Of a stretch of DNA of 64,000 nucleotides, positions 1 through 13,046 are shown piece after piece; position 1 is the first letter of the stretch; the number at the start of each line of letters is the position of its first letter. The DNA lies in assembly GCA_965246715.1 (NCBI GenBank), contig CBDFFH010000055.1:64001-128000 (forward strand), in the 5' to 3' direction. Below the pieces are notes generated by a model. It did not search any database. It was not told the origin of the DNA and saw only the letters and a program-made list of their open reading frames with translations. Source of the DNA: Chamaesiphon sp. (lineage in GTDB: Bacteria > Cyanobacteriota > Cyanobacteriia > Cyanobacteriales > Chamaesiphonaceae). The translations under genes and the position numbers were made by a program.

Positions 1-1
1 T

Positions 2-589
2 CGCTATACTGTCTTCGGTTCGGATACGCCAATATTGACTATTTTAGATCGTCAGACTGGCTTGTTGGGGGAGCCGCTCGGAACGCGAATCGCGACTCAC
101 CCAGCCGTCGGTAGTCGGGTACGGACGATCGCCTATACTCTGGACTCACGTTTTATCGTCGCGATTACCGACGATCGCCAGCTCAATCTTTGGGATATTG
201 AGGATAATTATCGCCATTGTCATTGGTCGATTGGCGATCGCGAAGCCATGTCGATTGTCGCGCACCCGCTCTACTTGCAGCTACTAGTTATCGCGACTGA
301 AGATGGCATGATTTCGATCTGGGATCTAGATCGGCAACTTTGTCTGAGTCGGGTTGTCGGACACGATCGCGAAATTCGGGCGCTGAAACTTATTCATAAT
401 CCCCACCAACTGGTCAGTTGTGGGATCGACGGCTCGATTAAAGTCTGGGAATTTGTGGACGATACATTGAGTGAAATATATGCGATCGACTCGATTAAAC
501 CCTATCAGGATCTCAACCTGACTGGAGTAAAAGGTTTAAATCGATCGCAATTGCTCACCCTCAAACAGTTGGGAGCCATCTCTACTTGA
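2..589 (+). CDS. C-terminal part of a WD40-repeat protein (probably NB-ARC/NACHT-WD40 STAND type), truncated by window start
   Basis: Frame is open from position 2. WD repeats (LNLWD, ISIWD, GH..IKVWE) and a tail (PYQDLNLTGVKGLN..QLLTLKQLGA) typical of cyanobacterial STAND-WD40 proteins. Confidence 0.75.
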   Translation, partial: RYTVFGSDTPILTILDRQTGLLGEPLGTRIATHPAVGSRVRTIAYTLDSRFIVAITDDRQLNLWDIEDNYRHCHWSIGDREAMSIVAHPLYLQLLVIATEDGMISIWDLDRQLCLSRVVGHDREIRALKLIHNPHQLVSCGIDGSIKVWEFVDDTLSEIYAIDSIKPYQDLNLTGVKGLNRSQLLTLKQLGAIST

Positions 590-704
590 ATCGATCGATA
601 ACAAGTAGTTTTATGGATAAACTCCCGATCGATTACCAAGAACTCTTCACTTACTTTTGGAGCTGAAGATCTCTACGGTGGTGGCGATCGAGATTTTAAT
701 AAAC

Positions 705-3500
705 TTATGCTGCTTGGGGCTGCATTTGGGGTGAGAATTGGAACATCGAGTAAACCACATTCCGGCGAATATCGGTCATCATTTCCAAGAACATCTCATA
801 ACCTTCTTGCTTGTATTCGATCAACGGATCTTTCTGTCCGTAACCGCGCAAACCAACCGATTCGCGCAACGCATCCATCGATTGGAGGTGTTCGCGCCAG
901 AGGGTATCGATTTGTTGGAGGATAAAGAACCGCTCGGCTTGACGCATCAAACCAGCTTGCACCCGATCGACTTGAGTTTCCTTGATATCATAGGCGCGGC
1001 GCACTTCTTCGCGCATGAAGATTTTGATTTCTTCATAGGTCATATCTTCTAGTTGCGTAGCGGTCAGGTCGTTGAATAGATTGACAAATTCCCGCGCTTT
1101 AGCGACTAAACCTTCGATATTCCAATCTTCTGGCGGTAAGTCGGGTTCGACGTAGGCAGTGACGATATCATCCATCGTCCGCTCGGCATATTTTACTACC
1201 TGTTCTTTGAGGTCTTGGCCTTCGAGAACGCGGCGACGTTCGGCGTAGATGGCGCGACGTTGATTGTTCATCACTTCGTCGTATTCAAACACCTGTTTGC
1301 GGATGTCATAGTAATAGGTCTCGACCTTTTTCTGAGCACCTTCGAGGCTATTTGTCAACATTTTGGACTCGATCGGCATATCTTCCTCGACTCGGAAGGC
1401 ATCCATCAGACTACTGACCCGATCGCCACCGAAGATTTGCATCAACGGATCTTTTAAACTAAGGAAGAACTTCGTCGAGCCTTTGTCTCCCTGACGACCC
1501 GCCCGACCGCGCAATTGGTTATCAACCCGCCGCGATTCGTGACGCTCGGTACCGATCACATGAAGACCGCCATTCTGGAGCACCTCTTCATGTTCGACAC
1601 TTGTAAATGCATCGTATTCTTTGCGGACAGCTTTATAAGCATTCCGCAGTTTTTGGATGGCTTCGATTTCCGTTGGGGCTTTTTCGCAGGCAACGGCGAT
1701 AGTTTCTTCGGCATCGAGTTCGGACAGACTACGTTCGCCAAAGTGCCCGACGGCAAAATTCACCGCATCTTTGAGCAACCCTTCAGTCTCCTTCGAGAGT
1801 TGGGTCGGGAAAATGCTTGGGGAGGCTTTCCAAGTTTTGACTTTTTTCCCTGGCGCAAAACCTTTGCCCGAAGCTTTACTCTGTTGAGCGGCAGCAACAG
1901 TAGCGGGGCTAAAGTTGCCATCATCTTCGGGGGCGACGATGCGGGGCATAAAGTATTCCCGCAATTTGAGCCGGGCCATATAGTCGGAATTACCACCTAA
2001 GATGATATCCGTTCCGCGACCTGCCATATTCGTCGCGATCGTTACTGCACCCTTCCGTCCGGCTTGAGCGATAATTTCCGATTCCCGTTCGACGTTTTCT
2101 GGTTTGGCGTTGAGCAGTTCGTGCGGGATTTCGAGTTGGTGGAGGAGTTGAGAGAGAATCTCCGATTTTTCAATACTAGTGGTACCGACGAGTACGGGTC
2201 GTCCGGTATCGTGCATTTCCAAGCATTCTTGCGCCACGGCGCGCCATTTTGCCTCTTCCGTCTTGTAGACCACATCAGGGAAATCATAACGCTGACGCAC
2301 CCGATTGGTGGGCATCACCGTAACTTGAATTTTATAAGTTTTTTCTAGCTCTACTTCTTCGGTCTTAGCCGTCCCCGTCATCCCGCCGAGCTTGGGATAG
2401 AGCAGGAAGAAATTCTGATAGGTAATCGTTGCTAAGGTTTGAGTTTCATTCTGAATTTTGACTTTTTCCTTAGCTTCGACAGCTTGGTGCAAACCATCAC
2501 TCCAACGTCGTCCCGACAATACGCGTCCGGTAAATTCATCGACGATCGTCACTTCATCGTTCATGATGATGTAATTGACATCACGGATAAATAATTCTTT
2601 AGCCTTAATTGCATTAAAAACGTAGTGTGCCCACGGGTCGGCTTCATCGAACAGATCGGTTACACCCAATAGTCGTTCGGCTTCGGCATAACCTTCTTCA
2701 TTTAAGAGGACGTTCCGCGCCTTTTCATCGACTTCGTAGTGGGTTTCTTTATTCAATCCCCGCGCGATATCAGCAGCTTGCAAGTATTTCTCAGTCGGAC
2801 GTTCGACTTGACCGGAAATAATCAATGGAGTCCTAGCCTCATCGATTAAAATCGAGTCTACCTCATCGATAATGCAGAAGTTAAATGGACGTTGGACGAC
2901 TTCACTCATCGCCTCAGCCATATTATCGCGCAGATAGTCAAATCCTAATTCGCTGTTAGTTGCGTAGGTAACGTCGCAGTTATAGTTTTTCTTGCGTTCG
3001 GCTGGGTTCATGTCCGATTGAATCAGTCCGACAGACAACCCCAAGAAGCGGTGAACTTGGCCCATCCATTCGGCATCCCGTCGCGCCAAATAGTCATTGA
3101 CGGTAATGACGTGAACGCCTTCACCTGTGAGCGCATTCAGATACGCTGGCAAAGTTGCTACGAGTGTTTTACCCTCACCTGTCTTCATCTCAGCGATTTG
3201 CCCTTCATGCAGTACCATGCCCCCTAGCATTTGCACGTCAAAGTGACGTAATCCGAGTACTCGCTTGCCCGCTTCGCGGACGACGGCAAAGGCTTCGGGG
3301 AGGAGTTCATCGAGGATTTCTTTTTCTTCCTCAGCGTTGTTTGCCTCCTCCAATCTGCGTTTAAATTCGGTGGTTTTCCCTTCGAGTTGTTCGTCACTCA
3401 ATTTCTCGACATCTTCTTCGAGCAACGCGATCTCGGTGACGATCGGTTGATATTTCTTGAGTTTGCGTGCGTTAGGGTCACCCAGTAATCTTTTTAGCAT
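705..3500 (-). CDS. secA: Preprotein translocase ATPase SecA
   Basis: [41 protein letters not shown] and [11 protein letters not shown] motifs. ATG at 3500 preferred over TTG at 3509. Confidence 0.98.
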   Translation of the reverse strand: MLKRLLGDPNARKLKKYQPIVTEIALLEEDVEKLSDEQLEGKTTEFKRRLEEANNAEEEKEILDELLPEAFAVVREAGKRVLGLRHFDVQMLGGMVLHEGQIAEMKTGEGKTLVATLPAYLNALTGEGVHVITVNDYLARRDAEWMGQVHRFLGLSVGLIQSDMNPAERKKNYNCDVTYATNSELGFDYLRDNMAEAMSEVVQRPFNFCIIDEVDSILIDEARTPLIISGQVERPTEKYLQAADIARGLNKETHYEVDEKARNVLLNEEGYAEAERLLGVTDLFDEADPWAHYVFNAIKAKELFIRDVNYIIMNDEVTIVDEFTGRVLSGRRWSDGLHQAVEAKEKVKIQNETQTLATITYQNFFLLYPKLGGMTGTAKTEEVELEKTYKIQVTVMPTNRVRQRYDFPDVVYKTEEAKWRAVAQECLEMHDTGRPVLVGTTSIEKSEILSQLLHQLEIPHELLNAKPENVERESEIIAQAGRKGAVTIATNMAGRGTDIILGGNSDYMARLKLREYFMPRIVAPEDDGNFSPATVAAAQQSKASGKGFAPGKKVKTWKASPSIFPTQLSKETEGLLKDAVNFAVGHFGERSLSELDAEETIAVACEKAPTEIEAIQKLRNAYKAVRKEYDAFTSVEHEEVLQNGGLHVIGTERHESRRVDNQLRGRAGRQGDKGSTKFFLSLKDPLMQIFGGDRVSSLMDAFRVEEDMPIESKMLTNSLEGAQKKVETYYYDIRKQVFEYDEVMNNQRRAIYAERRRVLEGQDLKEQVVKYAERTMDDIVTAYVEPDLPPEDWNIEGLVAKAREFVNLFNDLTATQLEDMTYEEIKIFMREEVRRAYDIKETQVDRVQAGLMRQAERFFILQQIDTLWREHLQSMDALRESVGLRGYGQKDPLIEYKQEGYEMFLEMMTDIRRNVVYSMFQFSPQMQPQAA

Positions 3501-3747
3501 AGGAGGCAAGCGATAAGGGAGTTCGATCTAATAATTTATGAGTGAAGCAGTATTAAATCTTCACATCTTTTATATTCTTATTTATTTATGGTATCATCAG
3601 CCGCTGGTTTGTGGGTGCGGTATGCCGAATGCCTGGCGGCGATCCGCTATAGGATCGAGATCGACGGGAGCAGGAGATGCGAAGGGAAGTGGGGGACGAG
3701 TCGATCGGATCGAATCAGAAAACAACTATCTTGCTGTTGGTAAGATC

Positions 3748-4116
3748 TTAAACAGTTGTATTCGTCGTTGAAGCGGGCTGCTCTTGGGAAATCTTGAGGT
3801 GTCTGGCGAGGAGAAAGAGCGGAAAGGTAACGCTAATCGCAATTAGCGGCGATAGCAGCACATAAAGCCACAGATAACGCACTCCCACCCGCCGCCCTTC
3901 GATAAACATGAAGATACTAGCAGCGGTTCCTAGTAAAAATAGGTCATTGGCAAGCGAAGCAGCGGCAGCATTTGCATAGGCAGCACGACCAAAATCTATG
4001 ATGGAATTGTTGTTAGGCTGACTCATAAAGGCAATATTATTAATCCAGGTAGCTGGTAAAGCTGCTAAGGCAATCAGCCCGTATGTCGCACAAATAAGTT
4101 TATCTTTGGTGTTCAT
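3748..4116 (-). CDS. Small membrane protein, DUF2834-like
   Basis: Three hydrophobic segments and an EGRRVG..LW.Y...IAISVTFPLFL..R motif; ATG at 4116. Confidence 0.6.
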   Translation of the reverse strand: MNTKDKLICATYGLIALAALPATWINNIAFMSQPNNNSIIDFGRAAYANAAAASLANDLFLLGTAASIFMFIEGRRVGVRYLWLYVLLSPLIAISVTFPLFLLARHLKISQEQPASTTNTTV

Positions 4117-4144
4117 GATTAATATCGCTCGAACCGATCGATTA

Positions 4145-6138
4145 CTAATTATCACCTAAAAGAATGTGTCGCAATCGCGGGGTAGATGGCGCGAATAGTG
4201 GATGAGATCGATCGCTAAATTCAGGATTGTATAATCCTTCTTGCTCTTGAATTGTTGCGATCGTCTCAGCTCCTCGATAGGAATGAATTTGACGTACTGC
4301 CGACCATAAATGAGGTATGAGACCTAACTTGCCCAAGTTATGGAATTGAATAGCAATCCAACCATAGAAGATATCCAGATCGGGAAGAAAGCTTAAGAGA
4401 ACTGACATTGCTCGTTCCGTACCAATTTCCGCTAGTGAAAGTACTGCCTGGTCGATATCATCATAGCTGTCGTTAGCTTCAAGAATTTCTTGGAGAGCTG
4501 CAATACCTAAATCGCTACCAAAGAAGCTAGTTCTAATAACATAGGAAATATCACTGTATTTCCTAAATCAACCATAATGTTAACTGCGGCTTGTCGAATC
4601 TCAAATTCTGGATCGTGCATTAGTTTGAGTAAAATAGGTACGATCGAATCATCACTAATCTGACTGAGATTTCCTGTAGTACCTGGTTGTATGTCCTGTT
4701 TTAAATATGTTACAAACTCTGGCAGATTGATTGATTGAATCTGTATTGGATTGTCACTACTTAAAATTTTAGAAGTATGACTAATTTCACCCAATAAGCT
4801 AATTCTCAATTCATGCTCATCTGGTTCCGAATCAAATAATAAATCGATAATGCGATCGCGGACTTCTCGACTGGGATGAGTAGCATTCTTTATGAGAATT
4901 TGTTTGGTATCAGAAATACATCGATCGATTAATTCCGGGGTGATATCTAGATTCTCAGAATAATAGCCTCTTAATATCATATTAATCCTTTCCCTGATAC
5001 AAGCAACAATTTTTAGTTGTACATCTAGATCTGGATCGGCAATCGCATTTAATAAAATTGTCATATTTCGATCGACAACAGGTATATGCCAATCACTTAC
5101 AGCAATAGCCGCCCGTTTTCGGATAGCCGGATCGTAGCTTTGAATCGCACATTCTAAAGCTGTCAAAGTACGATCGCAATCTAGCTTAAATAGAAGTTCG
5201 ACAATCTTATCAACTGGGGTATAACCATCACCAGAATTTGATATCCAATACATCGATCGATGCAGCAAATCAAACACTTTATTTCCACCGATACGTTCGA
5301 GTGCATCGATCGCCTGATAAGACAAATTCGTTACTTCATTTGCATAATATTCTTCACTCTCTGGATAATCAGTCGAGCGATGAATATATAGATCTGGTTC
5401 ATACAGTAGGTAGATTAGATGCTCTACCATTGCCGGATCTGCTACAATCCCTAGTACATAAATATAAGGTGATTGCAACCAGAGAGATCTATCCTCTAAA
5501 ACCTCTCGAATTTTATTAATTGCTTCATCCGTCCCAATTCTCTCTAAAGCTTCTATTGCTAAATGTTTGCTATCCCACTCACTAGTAAGATATTTATCTT
5601 TCAATAAAGGTGCCAATAGTTCGATCTCTTCTTCAGAAGCTAATCTTGCTAAATGTTCTGCTGCATTGCGATACCAGCGAGAATCAGATAAATCTTCGAT
5701 TAGTAAAGCAATAGCTAAATCTCGATCTATACAACTAATCGCTCCTATCGCGGATGAAATCGTTCGCTCCCCATCCCGATTGTTGGACTGTCGATGCTTG
5801 AAAATGAAAATATCTTGTAGATAGGGTAATGCTGCTTTAGACTTGGTTCTGCACCATAGACTAATTTTGAGAGTAGTGGGAATTTCTAATAGATCGATCC
5901 AATCGACGATAGTTTTCTGTAATTCTGGGTCGATCGATGCTGTCAATTTAGCACCTAGAAAGAGATCTACTTCTAAGGCAAGATTGACGATTCTTAATGC
6001 CAAATCTGGATCGGTTATCTGAGTTAAGAGAGTGGCAATTTCGGCGGTGCGATCGAGATGATTGAGATAATTAGATTGTAGCTCTCGATCGGTTAGCTGA
6101 CTGAGAAGCGAAATTGTGAGTGGAGGATAGATAGTCAT
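4145..6138 (-). pseudogene. HEAT/PBS-lyase repeat protein split by a frameshift near 4522 (543-aa ORF plus out-of-frame C-terminal part)
   Basis: HEAT motifs (AIEALERIG, AIDALERIG). After ...LELAS the shifted frame reads FGSDLGIAALQEILE...LAEIGTERAMSVLLSFL, continuous with ORF 4145-4408. Confidence 0.65.
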
Positions 6139-6267
6139 TAGACATTTAGGAATTCTCCATTAGACACGACAATCTCAATATAACACCTGTCTAAGATGAC
6201 TCGATCGGTTAGTATTGCAACCGATCGCTAACAGCAATTATTACGCTCTCAGATTGCGGGAGAGCGC

Positions 6268-6987
6268 TTAAGCTTGAGGATCGTTACCAAAAAATTCTGC
6301 CATTGCCACTACATTTTCATTCTGACTGATGCCTTCTTGCTTGAAGACTTTCTTTACCGTCAATAGCAAGATTTTAAAGTCCAACCACAGACTCCAGTTA
6401 TCGACATACCACAGATCCAATTTAAATTTTTCATCCCAAGTGAGCGCATTGCGTCCGTTCACCTGTGCCCATCCGGTAATCCCTGGCTGCACGTCATGAC
6501 GACGAGCTTGCTCGGCATTATAGCGGGGGAGATATCTTACCAATAACGGACGCGGGCCGACAAAACTCATATCGCCGATCAGCACGTTCCACAGTTGCGG
6601 TAGCTCGTCTAAACTCGCTTTTCGCAAAAATTGACCCAAGGGAATCAACCGCTCCTCATCCGAGAGTAAATTTCCATCAGCATCGCAGTCGCTAGTCATC
6701 GTGCGAAACTTATAGACGGTAAAAATTTTGCTATCTTTACCAGGACGCGCTTGTGTAAATACGATCGGACTGCCCATCCGAATCTTTAAGACGATCGCGA
6801 CAACGATTAAAATTGGCGAGAATAGCAATAATAACACTGCTGCCATCAATCGATCGAGGATTGCTTTAATCCCTCGACTGATAGCTACCACCGGACTACG
6901 GGAAGAATTTTGGTTCATTGTCACTCTAATTCCATCTTTGACTGCGATCGCATCGATCTTATCTCTCATTTTCGCGTTGAGTGACAC
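6268..6987 (-). CDS. Bacterial sugar (phosphoglycosyl) transferase, PglC/EpsL-like
   Basis: [39 protein letters not shown] and DLWYVDN motifs. Confidence 0.9.
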   Translation of the reverse strand: MSLNAKMRDKIDAIAVKDGIRVTMNQNSSRSPVVAISRGIKAILDRLMAAVLLLLFSPILIVVAIVLKIRMGSPIVFTQARPGKDSKIFTVYKFRTMTSDCDADGNLLSDEERLIPLGQFLRKASLDELPQLWNVLIGDMSFVGPRPLLVRYLPRYNAEQARRHDVQPGITGWAQVNGRNALTWDEKFKLDLWYVDNWSLWLDFKILLLTVKKVFKQEGISQNENVVAMAEFFGNDPQA

Positions 6988-7083
6988 TAAAGTGTTACCA
7001 GCTCTCGATCTTTGCGATATTTTGCTTACGCCAAGAAGCGATCGAGTTTTGAGGCTTTAAGCTTTAGGGACGAAGGGATTCGT

Positions 7084-7104
7084 CAATCCGCAATCCACAA
7101 TCCA
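7084..7104. repeat. Heptamer tandem repeat (CAATCCR x3), STRR-like
   Basis: CAATCCG CAATCCA CAATCCA just past the ppc stop codon. Confidence 0.55.
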
Positions 7105-7106
7105 AA

Positions 7107-10100
7107 TCAGCCTGTATTCCGCATTCCCGCTGCAATGCCATTAATCGTTAACAGTGCGCCGTCTAGCAACTCTTTCTTGCTATAACGGGAGTAGATCATC
7201 CCAGCCCCACCATGCTGGCGGAGACGTTTGAGCAATGAAACTTGCAAAAATCCCAAGGGGACGATACTCCCATTTCGCAGTTGGATCGATCGTTGGAGTT
7301 CGGGATTATCGTCCAGCAACCGTTCGTGTCCAGAGATTCTCAGTACCAAATCGCAGACGAGGCGATATTCTTGCGCGATCAGATCGAACAGCGTCAAGAA
7401 GCGTTCTTTGTCTTCTGGGTGTGAAAGTTCGTCCACATAGTGATGGGCGATGAGCAAATCGACTTTGGAAATGGTCATCTCCACTTTGGAGATGGCCATC
7501 CGAAAGAACGGCCACTTCCGGTAAAAGCCTTGAAGTAACTCGAAATTTTGCTCGGGATCTTCGGCAACAAATTCCTGGAGCGCCGTACCGACACCATACC
7601 AAGACGGCAGGAGAAAGCGGCTTTGCGTCCAGCTAAATACCCAGGGAATCGCACGCAGACTGGCTAAATCGCGTTTGCCACCGCGTCGAGCGGGACGGGA
7701 ACTGATTTGCAGGTGACTGATTTCATCGATCGGGGTTACCTGATGAAAGAAGTCGACCAAATCGGGGCGATCGTATACTAGCGCCCGATAGTGACGGCGC
7801 GATCGCGCTGAAAGATCTTCCATCACTTCATTCCAAGGCTCGATGTCATCGACGCTACCGAACATCAGGCTGGTTTTAATGACCGCACTGGCTACCTGTT
7901 CGAGGTTATAGAGGGCGAGTTCGGGTAGGGAATATTTGGAGGCTAGGACTTCACCTTGTTCGGTGATCTTGATCCGCCCGTTAATACTCTGCCCTGGTTG
8001 GGCTAAAATCGCCTCATGAGAGGGGCCGCCGCCCCGGCCGACACTGCCACCCCGTCCGTGAAAAATTCGCAGTTTGACAGCGTATTTCTCGGCGATCGAT
8101 TGCAGCGCTTTTTGGGCTTTGTGAATTTCCCAGTTACTACTCAAGAAACCTGCGTCTTTATTGCTGTCTGAATAGCCCAACATCACTTCTTGGAGGTTGA
8201 GTACCAACCCTGGAATTGCCGTCGCTGGATCGGGCTGATAGCCGCCACCTAACGCCGATCGATACAGCGGCAATTCAAATAAAGATTGCATCACGCTCGG
8301 CGCTTTTTGGAGATCCTCAACGGTTTCGAATAGCGGTACCACCTGTAGACTGGTAATTCCAGTTGCCGGATCGTATAATCCAGCTTCCTTAGCCAGTAGC
8401 AGCACTTCGAGGATGTCACTGACATCCCGATTCATACTGATGATATAGGTTTGGCAGATTTCGGGACCAAATTCCTGATGTAGTCGGCGCAGCATCCGGA
8501 ACGTTTCGATCGTTTCGGTAGTTTTGGCTGAGAATGGCAACTCACCAGGAATCAATGGTCGCCGGGTTTGCAGCTCGCTCGCCAACCACTTGACGCGGTC
8601 TTCCTCCGCTAGTTCGTGATAGGGTTGGGGTAAAACTTGGAGGTATTCGGCAATTTCAGAGATCGTGTCGGCATGACGACTGCTTTCTTGGCGGATATCT
8701 AGTTGGGCGAGATTGAAACCATAAATTTCGACCTGACAGATCAGGGTTTCTAAGGCTTGGCAGGTCAAACCAGTTTGACTCAAACTCAGGCGAATCAAAT
8801 ATAATTCTTTGAGAAATTCTGCTCCCGAATGGTAACAGGTATGCGGATTGAGATCGGCTTTGGGTAGTTTGAGACTATCCCAGTCCGCGACTTGCCGACT
8901 GCGATCGAGAGTATTCGACAGTCGATTGACGATGTAGGCCAGTTTGAGGCGGTAGGGTTCCTGACGATAGCGAATCGCCCACTGTTCGTAGATATCGGGA
9001 AAATGCGCCTTGTCTTGTTCGAGCGATTCTAATAAATCTGGTAAAACGTTACTCCAATGTAGTGAGAGACTCAGCGAATTACTTAACTCTTTAGTACATT
9101 TAATATACTTTTTCAGGACGATGCCCCGCTGGTAGCAAGCAGTTTGCCAGGTAATTTTGGGCGTAACGGAGGGATTGCCATCGCGATCGGAACCTACCCA
9201 CGAGCCAAACCGACAGAAGCGATTGCTTGGGGGATTGAGATGGGGAAATGACTGTTTCAGTGCAGAATTCAGCCGTTGGGACAGTTGAGGAATCGCATCG
9301 AATAACACTTCCTCAAAATAGTGGAGCGTATAATCGACTTCATCGAGTACGGTCGGTTTGAATTGATGTAATTCGTCCGTCCGCCACCACAACAGGATCT
9401 CTTCTAATAATTGTCCTTCTAATTCTTTGACTTCCCAGGATGATTCGATCCCCAGCCGTGCCATGTCCTCCTCGGCCCGATCGAGTTTTTCGAGGATTTT
9501 AGCAACGTGTCGTTGCTTGTCTCTAATCGTATGTCGGACGATTTCGGTGGGATGAGCGGTAAATACCAGCCCGATATCCAACTCATCTAACAATCTTTGC
9601 AGCTGTTGGGGCGGAATTCCGGCTGCTTTAAGCAATGGAAATAGCGCGATAAAGGTACCACGATCTTTTGGGGGGATGGAGGAAGCCTGCCAATTTTTTT
9701 CGAGCAGCCCCGAGCCTAATGGCCCGCCGATCTCTTTAAACAAGTCAGTATTGGAAGTTGCTGCGGCAGAATTCGTATACTGGAGCGACAACTTGAGCGC
9801 CAGTTTTTGCTCGACTTGTTCGTAGTGTTGCTCGACAATATTAATCAACTGAAAATATAGTGCAAAGGCACGGGCAGCCCGAATCGCATCTTTAAGATCG
9901 AGTTTTTCGATCGTTTGGTGAACTTTGCCCGGTAACGGCTCTACCGCACTACCATCGGACGAGCACATCTCGCGTAACTGGTTGAGCAAATTGACGAGAT
10001 CTTGCCCGCAAGCATCCCGTAATACTCTTTCCCACAAGTCTTCAATTACTTTGAGGCGATGGTTGAGTAGTAAATTGTTAGTAGATGTGGGGATCGAGTC

Positions 10101-10130
10101 TGGTTCCGAGAGGTGGGCTAGCGGATGCAT
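7107..10130 (-). CDS. ppc: Phosphoenolpyruvate carboxylase
   Basis: [50 protein letters not shown] and C-terminal GMRNTG. Confidence 0.98.
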   Translation of the reverse strand: MHPLAHLSEPDSIPTSTNNLLLNHRLKVIEDLWERVLRDACGQDLVNLLNQLREMCSSDGSAVEPLPGKVHQTIEKLDLKDAIRAARAFALYFQLINIVEQHYEQVEQKLALKLSLQYTNSAAATSNTDLFKEIGGPLGSGLLEKNWQASSIPPKDRGTFIALFPLLKAAGIPPQQLQRLLDELDIGLVFTAHPTEIVRHTIRDKQRHVAKILEKLDRAEEDMARLGIESSWEVKELEGQLLEEILLWWRTDELHQFKPTVLDEVDYTLHYFEEVLFDAIPQLSQRLNSALKQSFPHLNPPSNRFCRFGSWVGSDRDGNPSVTPKITWQTACYQRGIVLKKYIKCTKELSNSLSLSLHWSNVLPDLLESLEQDKAHFPDIYEQWAIRYRQEPYRLKLAYIVNRLSNTLDRSRQVADWDSLKLPKADLNPHTCYHSGAEFLKELYLIRLSLSQTGLTCQALETLICQVEIYGFNLAQLDIRQESSRHADTISEIAEYLQVLPQPYHELAEEDRVKWLASELQTRRPLIPGELPFSAKTTETIETFRMLRRLHQEFGPEICQTYIISMNRDVSDILEVLLLAKEAGLYDPATGITSLQVVPLFETVEDLQKAPSVMQSLFELPLYRSALGGGYQPDPATAIPGLVLNLQEVMLGYSDSNKDAGFLSSNWEIHKAQKALQSIAEKYAVKLRIFHGRGGSVGRGGGPSHEAILAQPGQSINGRIKITEQGEVLASKYSLPELALYNLEQVASAVIKTSLMFGSVDDIEPWNEVMEDLSARSRRHYRALVYDRPDLVDFFHQVTPIDEISHLQISSRPARRGGKRDLASLRAIPWVFSWTQSRFLLPSWYGVGTALQEFVAEDPEQNFELLQGFYRKWPFFRMAISKVEMTISKVDLLIAHHYVDELSHPEDKERFLTLFDLIAQEYRLVCDLVLRISGHERLLDDNPELQRSIQLRNGSIVPLGFLQVSLLKRLRQHGGAGMIYSRYSKKELLDGALLTINGIAAGMRNTG

Positions 10131-10195
10131 ATAACAATTGCTCGCGGGGTGGAAGTGGGAAGGAAATATTGAAGCTGGCTTGGTGAATCCAGTTA

Positions 10196-10429
10196 TTAAG
10201 AATCTTCACTTGGAAAATGGATGACTGGCAATCGATCGCCACGAAAAATTTCTTCACTAGTCACACCGATGCGTTCGAGCACTTCGCTCGTCGCTCGAAT
10301 AGCCACGAGCGCTAGCAAGCAAGGCGTAGCAGCTAGACTTACCAATAAAGACGGTGTGACCAGCTGTGATGCGCCAGTGCTAGCAGATCGTGCCGATCTC
10401 GATCGCTCGGGAGATGGTGTGACTGACAT
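10196..10429 (-). CDS. Small cyanobacterial hypothetical protein
   Basis: ATG preceded by AGGAG; hydrophobic core and [11 protein letters not shown] motif; co-oriented upstream of ppc. Confidence 0.6.
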   Translation of the reverse strand: MSVTPSPERSRSARSASTGASQLVTPSLLVSLAATPCLLALVAIRATSEVLERIGVTSEEIFRGDRLPVIHFPSEDS

Positions 10430-10955
10430 AGTAACGCTCCTAAAAATTGCAGATAAGCTAATTTTAGCCGTTCTGCGTCCTTTGCTAACTAGATTGAGGA
10501 CTCAGACTCTAGCCTTTATATGATAATCGAGTTGCGGAATCCCTGTTTGCCACAATCGGCACAATAATCGCGCACCTGCATCGGGATCCGGTTTGCAAGA
10601 TCGCGATCGCGGCGATCTCAGCAGCAGACGTGCGAGTTTTAGCAATTTCTTCAGCTTGGATGCAATGTCAATCTGGCGTTAGATGCCACTTTTTCTAATT
10701 AGATCCTCCCCTGGCAAAATAAAACTGTAACAGATGTTAATTCTGGTAGGTTGTTGCGGGTAATTTAAGTAGGAGAGGAATTCAATATTTAAATGATTTC
10801 GGATCCATTGTCGAGCTAGCTTGCCAACAAGCTGTGATTCGAGCGGTAGTTAAAGCTACTTCGGATCTGGCCTCTAAGTGAGTTTTCTGCTTGTCCACCC
10901 CGTTTTCGCTGCTTTTTCTGAGTGGCATATTCTAGGCTATGAGTAACAAATCTAT

Positions 10956-12068
10956 ATGCTTAATCGATTAAAAGATCTATTTCCCAGTCGCGGTAGTGGA
11001 GTGGCGATCGAACTTGGATCCGAACGGATCAATATTGCCCAACTCCACAAAAAAGGTGCCGAACTCTCCATCAAACATTTATGTTCTGCGGAAGTTCCCG
11101 AAGGAATTTTTGAGGAAGGGCGCATTGTCAATCCCCAAGAGTTGGGAGCATTGATTAGTGCGACTCTGAGCGAAAACAAAATTAAAGCAACTCATGCGGT
11201 CGCCTCCGTACCGATGCGAGAAGCGGTAATTAGGGTGATTCCTCTCCCCGCTGAATTAAACGATCGCGAAGTCCGCGATCTGATTCTCAATCACGAGGCA
11301 GCACTCTACCTACCTTACCCCCGCGAGGAAGTCGATCTCGACTATCAAAAACTCGATTTAGTTACCGACGAAGACGGGTTGGATAAAGTCCAAGTGATGC
11401 TAGCCGCAACCCGCAAAGAAGTCACCGATAGTTATATCGAAACGTTTCAATATGCTGGATTACCGGTAAAAGTACTCGAAATTAGCAGTTTTGCATTGCT
11501 GCGGACGATCAAAGAGCAACTCCGTCAATTCGCACCGAATGAAGCAGTAGTTTTAATCGATATCGAGTTTGACTGTACTGAAATAGCGATCGTGGTCAAT
11601 GGCATACCTCAATTCAATCGTACCGTCCCGATCGGTACGTTCCAACTACAAGAAGCCCTGAGCAGTGCGATGAATCTCCCGGTCAACCGGAGTGCGGACG
11701 TATTACAGGATATCACCATTCCCGACCTTGATATCAGCAGCCTTAACCATAGCGCTACGATGACCAATATTAATCCGGGGATGGCAGCAATGCGACGGAT
11801 TTTGTCAGAACTCGCTGATGAAGTGCGCCGCTCGATCGAATTTTACATGAGTCATAACGGTCAAGACCTCAAACTCGAACAATTATTGCTAGCAGGCCCT
11901 GGCGGTGGTTTGGGACAACTCGATCTATTCTTTACCAAAAGATTGAGTATCGCGACCACTCAAGTCGATCCGGTGGCTGGATTGGGGTTAGAGCCAGAAA
12001 TAGATATCCCGATCGGCCAACGACCTGGGCTGGGAGTAGTTTTAGGACTAGGAATGCGTGAGGTATAA
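10956..12068 (+). CDS. pilM: Type IV pilus assembly protein PilM
   Basis: Actin-like PilM motifs (YLPYPREEVDLDY, LADEVRRSIEFY, LLAGPGG, GVVLGLGMRE); first gene of pilMNOQ. Confidence 0.93.
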   Translation: MLNRLKDLFPSRGSGVAIELGSERINIAQLHKKGAELSIKHLCSAEVPEGIFEEGRIVNPQELGALISATLSENKIKATHAVASVPMREAVIRVIPLPAELNDREVRDLILNHEAALYLPYPREEVDLDYQKLDLVTDEDGLDKVQVMLAATRKEVTDSYIETFQYAGLPVKVLEISSFALLRTIKEQLRQFAPNEAVVLIDIEFDCTEIAIVVNGIPQFNRTVPIGTFQLQEALSSAMNLPVNRSADVLQDITIPDLDISSLNHSATMTNINPGMAAMRRILSELADEVRRSIEFYMSHNGQDLKLEQLLLAGPGGGLGQLDLFFTKRLSIATTQVDPVAGLGLEPEIDIPIGQRPGLGVVLGLGMREV

Positions 12069-12071
12069 CAT

Positions 12072-13046
12072 ATGTACAGTTTAGATATCAATTTACTCAA
12101 CGAACGCGCTGGGTTTCAAACAGGCAAAGAAAGCAGTTTTAGCGATGGCAGCACCATTTCAGTTGCTACCGATAAGTATGGCAAAGCACCACTATATATC
12201 GGTGCTAGCGCCGCAGCCTTAAGCCTGCTCGCGATTGGCGGCGGCTGGTTGTGGACTGGTCAGCAGACAGCTCAGCTTGAAGTCAAGCAGAAAGACTTAG
12301 ATAGTAAATTAGGCAATCTCAAGACGCAAGAGCAACGACTGCTACAAGTAACCACTCAAGTAGACCAAGTTACCGGCGAATCAAAGTCTTTAGCTAGCGT
12401 GTTCGATCGAGTGCAACCACTATCGGCTGTGTTACAAGACTTGCGAGAGAGTACGCCGCAGGGCATTGAAATTGATTCGATCGTTCAAGGTGAATCTAAA
12501 GTTGAGGTTCCCGCTGCTGCCACACCAGCTACCACCGCCCCTAGTAACGGCGGCTTAATTAGCAAAATCTCCACCCCACCCAATCCAGAAGCTAAGCCTT
12601 CTCCTAGCCCCACGCCTAGTGCTAGTCCGACAGCAGCTACCACACCTCCTGCTGGCACTACAGCTTCAGCGTCAGCTGTGACTACACCCACAGCGACGAC
12701 TACCCTTCCAGCTGATGTCCCGACAACCAAACTAGTAATTTCAGGTAAAGCTAAATCCTTCGATGATGTAAATAACTTCATCTTGACACTCAAACAGTCA
12801 GCATTTTTTAATCCCGACGATATTCAACTGAATAGTGCGAAGTTGACAACAGCGCTCGAACTGACAAAGCTTGATGGAGACGATAAAACTAAATTGGTAC
12901 TTCCTAGATTAGTTGGCTATCAAATTACTACCTCACTCAAACGCGTCCCGTCTGCCGATCTACTCCGGGAATTGGAGCGTAAGGGAGCGGTCGGATTGGT
13001 AACTCGACTCAAAACTTTAAAACAACAGCAGAGTGTTAAACCATGA
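12072..13046 (+). CDS. pilN: Type IV pilus assembly protein PilN
   Basis: N-terminal DINLL motif, TM helix, coiled coil, C-terminal ELERKGAVGLVTRL; Pro/Thr-rich insert. Confidence 0.88.
   Translation: MYSLDINLLNERAGFQTGKESSFSDGSTISVATDKYGKAPLYIGASAAALSLLAIGGGWLWTGQQTAQLEVKQKDLDSKLGNLKTQEQRLLQVTTQVDQVTGESKSLASVFDRVQPLSAVLQDLRESTPQGIEIDSIVQGESKVEVPAAATPATTAPSNGGLISKISTPPNPEAKPSPSPTPSASPTAATTPPAGTTASASAVTTPTATTTLPADVPTTKLVISGKAKSFDDVNNFILTLKQSAFFNPDDIQLNSAKLTTALELTKLDGDDKTKLVLPRLVGYQITTSLKRVPSADLLRELERKGAVGLVTRLKTLKQQQSVKP

Noticed and set aside
707..3450. Many short ORFs overlapping secA (likewise within ppc, mreB, priA, nirB, argH)
   Set aside because: Antisense or alternate-frame shadows of well-supported genes, with no recognisable motifs.
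10727..10740. GTAACAGATGTTAA upstream of pilM as an NtcA site
   Set aside because: Right half-site is TAA, not TAC; insufficient support.
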